The translations under genes were made by a program, and so were the position numbers. Under the pieces are notes generated by a model. It searched no databases, was not told the DNA's origin, and saw only the letters and a list, made by a program, of their open reading frames with translations. A DNA stretch of 64,000 bases from a virus (taxonomy: Duplodnaviria > Heunggongvirae > Uroviricota > Caudoviricetes): positions 182,482-246,481 of IMG/VR virus record IMGVR_UViG_3300028833_000054. One strand, written 5' to 3'. Positions 56,382 to 64,000 of this stretch are shown in pieces. Numbering within the stretch: the first letter of the stretch is position 1; every line of letters begins with the position of its first letter.

Positions 56382-56690
56382 CTATTCTACATCCTTACAC
56401 TCATCAGGATTAGTCGATACACTGTTATGAGTTCTTTTTTCTCTTCTAATTTTAAGAGATTTTAAGTGCATATGTTTTTGAAATTTTGGTTCCCAAGAAT
56501 TTTTCAGAAGTTGTTCAATTATAGTTCTTGAAATATTAAAATTATCTTTACAATACTTATATAATTTCGTATGACCTAAACAAGTATAAACTAAAATGTC
56601 ATTATAATATACAAAATATTCATAAGGACAATCTCTGTCCATCATTTTGTTATAAGCATCTTCTGATAATTTTTTTTCCTTTATTTGCAA
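56382..56690 (-). CDS. Hypothetical ORF inside the intron (possible detached/frameshifted C-terminal DNA-binding part of the homing endonuclease)
   Basis: 102-aa ORF overlapping the 3' end of the GIY-YIG ORF by 41 nt in another frame. Confidence 0.3.
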   Translation of the reverse strand: MQIKEKKLSEDAYNKMMDRDCPYEYFVYYNDILVYTCLGHTKLYKYCKDNFNISRTIIEQLLKNSWEPKFQKHMHLKSLKIRREKRTHNSVSTNPDECKDVE

Positions 56691-57210
56691 TACTTAATTT
56701 TCTTAATTCTTCTTCTGTTTTTATTCTTCCTGTATTTGCTGCAATTAATTTAGAAATATGTTCAGGAGAAAGATGCTTTCCTTTATTGATTTCACTTAAT
56801 TTTTTTCTCGTTTCTAAAGAATGTGTTTTTCCATACATCGGATTTAATTCTCCAATACGAGTTGATGCAAATTTACTAAGTTTATCATGGCGTTGAGGAC
56901 TATCATAATTTCCAGTATTTCCTCCACATCCTCCTTCATGAAAATTAGCTTTACATTCTCCTTTATCCCAGTATTCTTTTATAAGTTGTCTTTCTAAATC
57001 AAATGCTGCAGATTCTTCCAAATTTTCAAAGAGCAATTTTACATCTACATCTGTAGGATATTTAGAAATAATATTTTTGAAATAGTCATTTCTACTATGA
57101 ACAGTATCTAAATATCTATTTCCTGTTCCTTTTCCTATATAAAATATCTCATCAGTTGATTTGAAGAAATATGCGTAAATATAAAATTTTTTCATATGCA
57201 TTGAACTCAA
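56650..57210 (-). CDS. GIY-YIG homing endonuclease with NUMOD3 repeats
   Basis: YIYAYFFKSTDEIFYIGKGTGNRY (GIY...YIG), downstream Arg/Glu/Asn catalytic residues, and two NUMOD3-like repeats MYGKTHSLETRKKLSEINKGK and HLSPEHISKLIAANTGR. Confidence 0.75.
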   Translation of the reverse strand: MSSMHMKKFYIYAYFFKSTDEIFYIGKGTGNRYLDTVHSRNDYFKNIISKYPTDVDVKLLFENLEESAAFDLERQLIKEYWDKGECKANFHEGGCGGNTGNYDSPQRHDKLSKFASTRIGELNPMYGKTHSLETRKKLSEINKGKHLSPEHISKLIAANTGRIKTEEELRKLSIANKGKKIIRRCL

Positions 57211-57404
57211 TTTAGCTCGGTATTTCCAGCTATCCAGAATCTGGACCTTAGGTTCTCTTAGTCAGTGTATTCGTGAGTGATTCAATCTCCTTATTTAACT
57301 GATACCGATAGCAAACAAATATTATTTTAATATTTATTCACACCCCAGCAGTTGGGTTCACGCAATTTTCAAAATCTGTTCCCAGATTAGGCCACAATTA
57401 ATTT

Positions 57405-57902
57405 ATGGATATAAATTTCATTGTTCAAATGATTGTTTCTTGCCATTTCTGACATGCAATTCCACAAAGCAAAGTCTTTTGTAATGACTCTTGTTGCTTC
57501 ACCGACTCGGCCACCGAATGATTTCTCATCTACATTAGCATTCTGATTCTGAACATTCTTTGCTTCAAGCTTTTCCTTGATACCTTTCATTATCTTGGAT
57601 TTCTGTTCACGAACTCTTGTTCTTTTGTCTCTGTAAAGAATAAAAGCTTTTGCAACTTCAAACTTATTTTTCTTAATCAAAAACTTCTCAATGACATCTT
57701 GAATGTCTTCAATTGACGCTGTTCCTTCAGCAGAATCTTCAAACTTTGCAAGGTCTTCATCAAGAAGTTCCAAAAATTTTGGAGTGCATTCTTGCTTGCA
57801 GGAACTGAATGCTTGACCTACGGCCTTGTGTGCTTTTTCACGATTGTAAACTTCCTGTTTACCGTCTCTTTTGATTACTTTTTCTAGCATATATTTTACC
57901 AA
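57405..57902 (-). CDS. nrdD: Anaerobic ribonucleoside-triphosphate reductase, exon 1 (ATP-cone plus N-terminal region)
   Basis: ATP-cone VIKRDGKQEVYNREKAHKAV. Ends ...NNHLNNEIYIH, aligned with NrdD ...GDIHYH. The ORF reads 5 further codons (KLIVA) into the intron before a stop at 57387-57389. Confidence 0.75.
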
Positions 57903-57948
57903 TTTTTTATTTTTCTGTGAATATATTTATTGAGCCAAGAGCTCAAAT

Positions 57949-59832
57949 TCACAAGATGATATCCTTCAATTTGTTATCTAAATCTGTCCTTTCGTCACCC
58001 TGGCCAGGATTATTTTCGAGATGAAATTTTACTGAATCATAAACATATTTGAACGGAATCTCATCCTTTCTTGACTCTTCATCTTTCAAGAATTGTTGTA
58101 AATTATATATAGAAAAGTTGAAATAATTAGGAGTCCATCCACCCTTTAGTTCTGGCATATCTTTACAAGATTCAGTTATAATTCTAGAGGATTCATTCAT
58201 TATATCTTTATAACTTTCCCACCATTTTTCAGTAAAATTCAAATTTCCAAAATTAGAATCTCCTTCATTGTAATTCATTACACTAAATAGATATTTTAAT
58301 CCTATTACCGGTAAGACCATATGATGATTGATATTCAATATATTTAGAAGATGATTATCTTCAGGGAATTTATGCATTATAGCAGGAGTCATATATTTGT
58401 CAAAGTTCTCAAAAAATCCAGGAGTATACAATGTACAATATCCGCAGAACGGATAACCTCCTTGACAGAAACAATTTGCAAATGAAGATATTGCATATTT
58501 TCTTCCATAATAGTTATATGATTTAATCATTGTTTCAACAAATACAGGAGAATACAAAATATCATCATCAATGCATATAATAACATCATCTTTTGAGAAA
58601 TGTTGTATTACATACAAATGCTTTTTCCATGATTTCAATTCAGCATCATCATACCAATGAATTTGAATATTAAGATTTGATTTAATCAATTCTATGAGTT
58701 CTTGAGGAAACAGCTTATACTCTTCAAGATATTTCAAATCTTTATTATAATCAGGAATAGGAAAATCAGATTTTGCTAAATTAAGAACAATAATATCAGG
58801 AACAATACTATTTTCAAGAATAGTTTTCAATACAAGAGCAACATTGTTTATTCTATTTTTCCAACTTGATATTGTAACTATAAGTTTATTGTTTCCAATA
58901 TATTTTGTTTTATCTGAAGTTCTTTCTATATCAAGTCCTAAAGCAGGAAAATCTACTGGAGTGTTAGCAGTCAATGCATGCTTTTTATTGTTCTCATATA
59001 AAAATTTTAATGATGCTGGAGGGTCAACATAAGTGCTCTCTGAGACAGCTAATGTGTCATTAATAATATCCCAAAATCTTGGAATAAACTTCGATGGTCT
59101 GCCTCTAAAGTAGTGCCTCTGCAAAGAATCTTCCATAGATGGAAGTGTTGTTGCATACAAGTCTAATATAGGACTCTTGCTTTCTTCATGCCTGTCTGCT
59201 GCAGCTTTATCTGTCCACGCATTGACATCATTGAACAGCATTTTGCTATCTTCTGGCAAATGAAATATTTCAGGAAGAAGTATGCTTTTATTGATAGCAA
59301 ACAACACTCCTATAAAAATATCATCTACACATTTGTGTAAAACATCATCTGTCAAATACTTCTTGTAATTACCCCAGTCTTTCTTTCTGTACAATGTTGC
59401 AGGACCGTTGAAACACCACATATTGTGTGTCAATACTATCTTATTAAGAGTAACAGGATGCTGTTTACCATAAAAACAATATGAAACATACATGTTCTCT
59501 ATAAAATTCTCAGGATACAAATGGTCATCATCAACAGAAATTATAAGGTCATTGTCATCAACAATGTCAAGAGTATGAAGATGTTTCTTCCAAGCTTTAT
59601 AATTCTCAATAAACCAATAAAGCTCTATATATCCTTTGTGTTCATTTATGAGTGATAATAAATCATCGGGAAGGTCTTCCTCCATATTAGGAAAATCTTC
59701 TGTACACAAATTAAGAATTATTTTATAGGGCTTTATTGTTTGCTTTAATATAGTTTCAATAACAGGTTTTACATTATGGATTCTTTTGTACCAACTTGTC
59801 ATTGTAATATACAATTTCTCTGGTATAATCAT
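57949..59832 (-). CDS. Tandem-duplicated putative glycosyltransferase (two GT-A/DXD 'sugar-binding-region'-like modules)
   Basis: Two ~210-aa homologous halves: TSWYKRIHNVKPVIETILKQTIKPYKIILNL...WKKHLHTLDIVDDNDLIISVDDDHLYPENFIENMYVSYCFYG and SSWKNRINNVALVLKTILENSIVPDIIVLNL...WKKHLYVIQHFSKDDVIICIDDDILYSPVFVETMIKSYNYYG. Confidence 0.5.
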   Translation of the reverse strand: MIIPEKLYITMTSWYKRIHNVKPVIETILKQTIKPYKIILNLCTEDFPNMEEDLPDDLLSLINEHKGYIELYWFIENYKAWKKHLHTLDIVDDNDLIISVDDDHLYPENFIENMYVSYCFYGKQHPVTLNKIVLTHNMWCFNGPATLYRKKDWGNYKKYLTDDVLHKCVDDIFIGVLFAINKSILLPEIFHLPEDSKMLFNDVNAWTDKAAADRHEESKSPILDLYATTLPSMEDSLQRHYFRGRPSKFIPRFWDIINDTLAVSESTYVDPPASLKFLYENNKKHALTANTPVDFPALGLDIERTSDKTKYIGNNKLIVTISSWKNRINNVALVLKTILENSIVPDIIVLNLAKSDFPIPDYNKDLKYLEEYKLFPQELIELIKSNLNIQIHWYDDAELKSWKKHLYVIQHFSKDDVIICIDDDILYSPVFVETMIKSYNYYGRKYAISSFANCFCQGGYPFCGYCTLYTPGFFENFDKYMTPAIMHKFPEDNHLLNILNINHHMVLPVIGLKYLFSVMNYNEGDSNFGNLNFTEKWWESYKDIMNESSRIITESCKDMPELKGGWTPNYFNFSIYNLQQFLKDEESRKDEIPFKYVYDSVKFHLENNPGQGDERTDLDNKLKDIIL

Positions 59833-59891
59833 TTGTATAGAAAATATATTTAATATTATATCAGAGAAATTAAAGCTGTATTTATAACAAT

Positions 59892-59915
59892 AAAGGGAGG
59901 ATTTCTCCTCCCTTT
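59892..59915 (-). terminator. Terminator-like hairpin
   Basis: aaagggagga/tcctcccttt 10-bp stem with a 4-nt loop, just below the 59918 stop. Confidence 0.4.
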
Positions 59916-59917
59916 AT

Positions 59918-60145
59918 TTAATCAGATACATTGTATATCATATTTACACAATCCTTTGCAGTATCAATACATTCTCTAATAGTTCCTGCGAATAACAATG
60001 TTTTGCGGCCCTCAAAGTATTGATTAAGCTCATACAAATCATTTATTCTTTGCTCTATCTTGAATGTATTATCTCCAATTGTTGCAACTAAATTAGATGC
60101 TAACATTTTAGAAAATAGTACAAATTGCTTACGTGTCAGTGTCAT
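59918..60145 (-). CDS. Hypothetical small protein
   Basis: 75-aa ORF. Confidence 0.35.
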   Translation of the reverse strand: MTLTRKQFVLFSKMLASNLVATIGDNTFKIEQRINDLYELNQYFEGRKTLLFAGTIRECIDTAKDCVNMIYNVSD

Positions 60146-60157
60146 ATCAATTAATTT

Positions 60158-63100
60158 TTATTTTATATAATATTCAATATAATTGCTTCCAGGGCCAGTA
60201 GCAGGATATACCTTTGAATCATCTAATTTATCATACAATACTGGAGCAGAAACGTTGTTTATTACAGCATAACCAGGAACAATATCGTGAACAAGTTCGT
60301 TAATTCCGTTATAAATCTTCAACTCATAGAAGTACAAGTCTTGTGCTACATATGCAGTTGGATCTTCATATCTGTAATCAAGAGCATTATTCAAGAAGTA
60401 AGTGTAGTAGATTCTAAGTGGAAGATTTGAAGGAGTATTATTTTCATAACTCCAATTATCAACATTGAATATATTGAAGTTATTAGGATCACTCTGTCTG
60501 TAAATCTTTACCTTATTATCTTGAGTATGACAAATGTCAAGAACTATAATATCACTATTTCTTCCAATATCTCCTGAGAATACTGATGCTGGATTAGTAC
60601 CGTTTGTAGTAGCTACATTCCACTTTGTTGCGGGGCTTCCATTACGGTAAGTGAAGTATCCTGTAAAGATATTAGCTTTACCTGAATGTCCACTACCACC
60701 TCTGTGGAAGTCAGTAACTGAAGTTATTGTGCTCTCATCGTTTACATCATCTGCTGTTGCTGCACCAAACAAAGGTTGAACCTCATACCAGTCTGAGCTC
60801 TTGTTCTTAAAGATATATTCATATCTGTAATTTCCGCAAAGAGGAATTCCACCAAGCTCAAAGTAAGTCAATCCGTTTGCTCTTCCAGGATGGATGTATT
60901 TCAAAGGATTTACTCTTGCTGTTTGAGTGTATTCAGGAGTTGATGTGTTACCACCCCAGCTGTAAGGAATGCTGTCATAGTTTCCTGCTCTTACGCAACC
61001 TTCAAATGATTTCTGTGATTTGCTTGCAACTCTTACAGCGTCAGCAAAGCTACAACCGTAGAAGGTCTTCCAGAATCCAGGTACTCTTGAAATCAATGAT
61101 TCACAACCTGCGAACATTCTCTTAAGAGATACAATTTCAATGTCATCTGCTGGGTGCAAGAATGGAATATCTTCCTCTGAATTGATAGTAGAAAGAAGAG
61201 TACAATTTGCAAATGTTTCTTCGAATGAAACTGCCTTAGTGTTGTAAACGAAGAAGTTAGCAGGCAAAGTAGTTAAATTAGTATTCTTAAAGGTCTTGTT
61301 GAATGAAACAATTTCAACGCAGTTGTTAAACAATCCGCTAGTAGGAATCTGTTCAAGAGTAGTATTCTCAAACAAGCTATCTGCAGAAGTGCAATCTACA
61401 CAAGTCTTATAGATATTACCAACACTTATAAGCTTTGAGTAATCCTTATTGCTTATATTGAATCTTGGCATTGTTCTGAAGACTGCGGCACCGTTTGACT
61501 GGTATGCAACTAATCCACCAGGATTTTCAAGATTTCTAGGAACATCTGCCCAACTTGCAGGGAACAAATCTGAAGAAGTACCAGTACCGAAGCAAGGAAG
61601 TATACCTGAAACATTTCCTTCTGATATTACATGGAACCACTTAATATTCTGAGTATTAGAAGTTCTTTGTACACCATTGATTGTTCTCTCAATAGGAGTA
61701 ACTGTAATATCATATTCAGTATTAGCTGAACGGTAAGTATGGTAAATAACCTTTTCACCATCAGAATCACCAGTTATTGCATCAAGATGTGCATCAGAAG
61801 TTTGTTCTGCAGCATCACCCCAATCAATAATGATAGGTCCTACAACATTGTAGTAAAGTCTTACTGTTGTGTAGTTTCCACTGCCAGTTACTACTGTCAT
61901 GTGAAGTTCTGTTGCTTCATACTCTGTATAATTTCCTAAGTAGTCTCTTGAAATTGATATTGAGTAGTTGAAAGGATCTTCACCAGTTCCAGTAGTAATA
62001 GAACCAATATATTGGCTATATCTACCACCTCTTGTGACCTTGATATCAACATCATCTTCAAGTTCTGTGATAGTAATTTCATGCATTGTATTAGCAAGAA
62101 GCTTAACAGTTGCAGGATTATTAGAAGCAGTAACAATAACCTTGTTGAAAGGAGGTTCTGTCAAGTTTCTAATTGAAGTATTCTGCAAAGACTCAATCAA
62201 CAATCTCTTATCAGTAACCAACTTGTTAGAGTTAAGAACTGTAATATTAGCAGTAATAGGCTTGTAGAATGAAACAGTGTATTCATCATCCTTGCTTATC
62301 TCTGCAGGAAGCTCTTCCATTATGATAGGTGCTGGTTTATTGTAATAGTAACCAGGTTGTTCTGAGTAAGTAGATTCAACATTAACTACAAGACGTCTAA
62401 GACCGAAGCAACCATTTTCAGGGTCATAAACATTTGTTGGCATAGTAATTACACCGACATTTGAAGGTGAGGTCTTAATTCTGTAGATGTTAGAATCTCC
62501 ATCAACTTGAACATCTGCATAACCAGGAATTCTTTCATGCATTCCACGAGTCTCATCTTGCAAGTAAATTACACGAGAAACAATGTTGTAAACGTGGATA
62601 GGAATACTTCTGTTAATAGTAGGAAGATTCTTAGAAGAAATTCTTATTGCAGCTGCCTGAGTTCTTGAAACATCAGCACCAGTAATGCTAAGAGTTCTAG
62701 TAGTAGATGAGTATTCATATGCATTTGCACCGTAGTGAACAAGGTACTCAGGATTTGATACTACGAAATCAAGTTCATCATCTGTTGTATCAGAAGGAGT
62801 GAATACGATTGTGAATGATTGAGTTTCACCTTCATATAATGAAATTCCCTCATTGTAATCAATCTCATGATTAGTAGAATCCATAATCTGAATAGATTGA
62901 AGAGTTGCGCTAGGAGCAATTGAAAGTGATGCACTCATTGTGCTGTACTTGTTAGATACTGCTGAAATATCATAGTATCTTGTACCTGAAGTAGAACCTT
63001 CAAACATTACTTCAACTGAAGAAGATGTCATATTTCTGTATCTCAAATCAGGGTCAATTGTCCATGTAACTCCCTTGTCTGATGCAAGAACGAAGTCATC

Positions 63101-63943
63101 TGGCAAATATTTTACATTATATGTATACCACTTATTAGGAACAATATCTATAGGTCCGTCAATCTGGATTCCACTAAGACCAGTTGTAGAAGAAACGTTT
63201 ACAATAAGGTTGCAACCTACTTGTCTGAACATTGCTTCAATACCGTCCTTGTAACCGCTTGATACTGTGCAACCTGCTCCAATATTTACTACACCGGTAA
63301 GATAAGGGATATTAAGGCTGTAAGTAGTATCATCAGCAATGCCTCTCTTTGTAAGAAGAGTCTTCCAAGTATTGAACTCGGTCTGAGTTTGAATATTCCA
63401 GATGAATCCAGTCAAACGTACATTAGCAAGAACATTTCCAGTTGTTCCGATAATTCTTTCAAGAATAGTCCAAGTATTGATGTTAGGACAATTCTCAATC
63501 CACAAGGTTGAAAGGTTCTTGTAATTTACGAAGCTGATACCTGCATTTGTGATATAGTTCATATTAACAAGCTTAACAGTAGCGATTGAAGCAGGATATG
63601 CTACACTTCTAAGATTTGCACCAGTTGTTGAGAAGTCAATATTAGTGATAGCAGTATCAGTTGCCTTAACAGACTCAATAGTATTAATCTGCTGGAGACC
63701 GTTAAGCAAGCTAAGTTTCTTACAACCTCTAACATCAATGTTCTTCAATGAGGTATTAGTAGCAGATACTGTCAAGTTAGTCAAGTTCTCATTGTAGTAA
63801 GGAGAATCCCAACCAAGAAGAATATCTGTAATCTTAGTAGCATTACCAATTGCGACAGAGTCAGCGTACTTGTCAGCAAGTTGTCCGAATGAAAGTATAT
63901 ATGGAGCACCGTAGATAATAGTTTCAGTATTGTTGAATCTCAT
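60158..63943 (-). CDS. Large fibre/adhesin-like structural protein with N-terminal leucine-rich-repeat-like region
   Basis: 1261-aa ORF. N-terminal ~200 aa have LRR-like periodicity (LTNLTVSATNTSLKNIDVRGCKKLSLLNGLQQINTIESVKATDTAITNIDFS...LSTLWIENCPNINTW). Long beta-rich Ser/Thr/Asn/Tyr body typical of receptor-binding fibres. Confidence 0.5.
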   Translation of the reverse strand: MRFNNTETIIYGAPYILSFGQLADKYADSVAIGNATKITDILLGWDSPYYNENLTNLTVSATNTSLKNIDVRGCKKLSLLNGLQQINTIESVKATDTAITNIDFSTTGANLRSVAYPASIATVKLVNMNYITNAGISFVNYKNLSTLWIENCPNINTWTILERIIGTTGNVLANVRLTGFIWNIQTQTEFNTWKTLLTKRGIADDTTYSLNIPYLTGVVNIGAGCTVSSGYKDGIEAMFRQVGCNLIVNVSSTTGLSGIQIDGPIDIVPNKWYTYNVKYLPDDFVLASDKGVTWTIDPDLRYRNMTSSSVEVMFEGSTSGTRYYDISAVSNKYSTMSASLSIAPSATLQSIQIMDSTNHEIDYNEGISLYEGETQSFTIVFTPSDTTDDELDFVVSNPEYLVHYGANAYEYSSTTRTLSITGADVSRTQAAAIRISSKNLPTINRSIPIHVYNIVSRVIYLQDETRGMHERIPGYADVQVDGDSNIYRIKTSPSNVGVITMPTNVYDPENGCFGLRRLVVNVESTYSEQPGYYYNKPAPIIMEELPAEISKDDEYTVSFYKPITANITVLNSNKLVTDKRLLIESLQNTSIRNLTEPPFNKVIVTASNNPATVKLLANTMHEITITELEDDVDIKVTRGGRYSQYIGSITTGTGEDPFNYSISISRDYLGNYTEYEATELHMTVVTGSGNYTTVRLYYNVVGPIIIDWGDAAEQTSDAHLDAITGDSDGEKVIYHTYRSANTEYDITVTPIERTINGVQRTSNTQNIKWFHVISEGNVSGILPCFGTGTSSDLFPASWADVPRNLENPGGLVAYQSNGAAVFRTMPRFNISNKDYSKLISVGNIYKTCVDCTSADSLFENTTLEQIPTSGLFNNCVEIVSFNKTFKNTNLTTLPANFFVYNTKAVSFEETFANCTLLSTINSEEDIPFLHPADDIEIVSLKRMFAGCESLISRVPGFWKTFYGCSFADAVRVASKSQKSFEGCVRAGNYDSIPYSWGGNTSTPEYTQTARVNPLKYIHPGRANGLTYFELGGIPLCGNYRYEYIFKNKSSDWYEVQPLFGAATADDVNDESTITSVTDFHRGGSGHSGKANIFTGYFTYRNGSPATKWNVATTNGTNPASVFSGDIGRNSDIIVLDICHTQDNKVKIYRQSDPNNFNIFNVDNWSYENNTPSNLPLRIYYTYFLNNALDYRYEDPTAYVAQDLYFYELKIYNGINELVHDIVPGYAVINNVSAPVLYDKLDDSKVYPATGPGSNYIEYYIK

Positions 63944-64000
63944 GTTAGGAGGAGTTACCTTGTAAGGCTTATTCTTCTCTGCACGGACATAAGCATCAAC

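Larger units (their letters stand above)
56298..57404 (-). mobile_element. Putative group I intron in nrdD carrying a GIY-YIG homing-endonuclease ORF
   Basis: 1.1-kb interruption between NrdD ...NEIYIH and DLDSYATGMHNC.... The inferred 5' exon ends in U (caU) and the intervening sequence ends in G, as group I splicing requires. GC-richer, structured-looking flanks (57211-57404, 56298-56381) bracket the HEG ORF. The arrangement is the same as the T4 nrdD intron with I-TevII. Confidence 0.55.

Noticed and set aside
1-64000. Alternative genetic code (stop-codon reassignment) to explain the truncated polymerase and split ligase
   Set aside because: The ORFs are long and end at standard stops. 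The split points coincide with a domain boundary (ligA) or an inserted mobile element (nrdD), rather than with scattered in-frame stops of a single codon type.

Overview
This window is an AT-rich (about 30% GC by eye) segment of a large tailed dsDNA phage genome. Coding is almost entirely on the minus strand and tightly packed, with 1-4 nt stop/start overlaps (TAATG / ATGA) between many genes.

A T4-like core gene set is recognisable:
- a family-B DNA polymerase N-terminal fragment (gp43-like), with Exo I/II/III and motif A (DFASLYPTTIRQFNISPETF); the palm motifs B/C and the thumb are absent from the window
- a dUTPase/dCTPase-family enzyme
- a ThyA-fold enzyme of the dCMP-hydroxymethylase type (FGFRND with Asp, gp42-like)
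- a Tmk-family dNMP kinase
- a UvsX-like recombinase
- a gp20-like portal
- a gp4-like head-completion protein
- anaerobic ribonucleotide reductase NrdD, interrupted by a ~1.1 kb group-I-like intron carrying a GIY-YIG/NUMOD3 homing-endonuclease ORF, plus NrdG
- an NAD-dependent DNA ligase that is cleanly split into two ORFs by an inserted GT2 glycosyltransferase gene.

Around and between these lie dTDP-rhamnose pathway genes (rmlB, rmlD, rmlC; no rmlA in the window), an NAD-dependent sugar epimerase/dehydratase, four mutually paralogous GT2 glycosyltransferases, and several further GT-A/GT-B-like ORFs including a 627-aa tandem-duplicated one.

Also present are:
- a sigma-70-family factor
- a Rad3/DinG-like Fe-S helicase
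- two metallophosphoesterases
- an S1-domain protein
- a SprT-like HExxH protein
- a tail fibre with a peptidase-S74 chaperone domain
- a plus-strand island with a lipoprotein, a papain-like (C1) peptidase and a 2059-aa acidic giant protein
- a 1261-aa LRR-like fibre/adhesin
- a conspicuously GC-rich flotillin(SPFH)-NfeD pair that looks host-derived
- several rho-independent-terminator-like hairpins.

The most interesting candidate is a hydroxymethyl-dC nucleotide module combined with a large, dispersed glycosyltransferase and nucleotide-sugar (rhamnose) gene complement. This points to a glycosylated-hmC DNA hypermodification system, or alternatively virion glycosylation. The GT genes sit in exactly the niches that homing-endonuclease genes occupy in T4-like genomes: inside ligA, between nrdD and nrdG, and next to uvsX.
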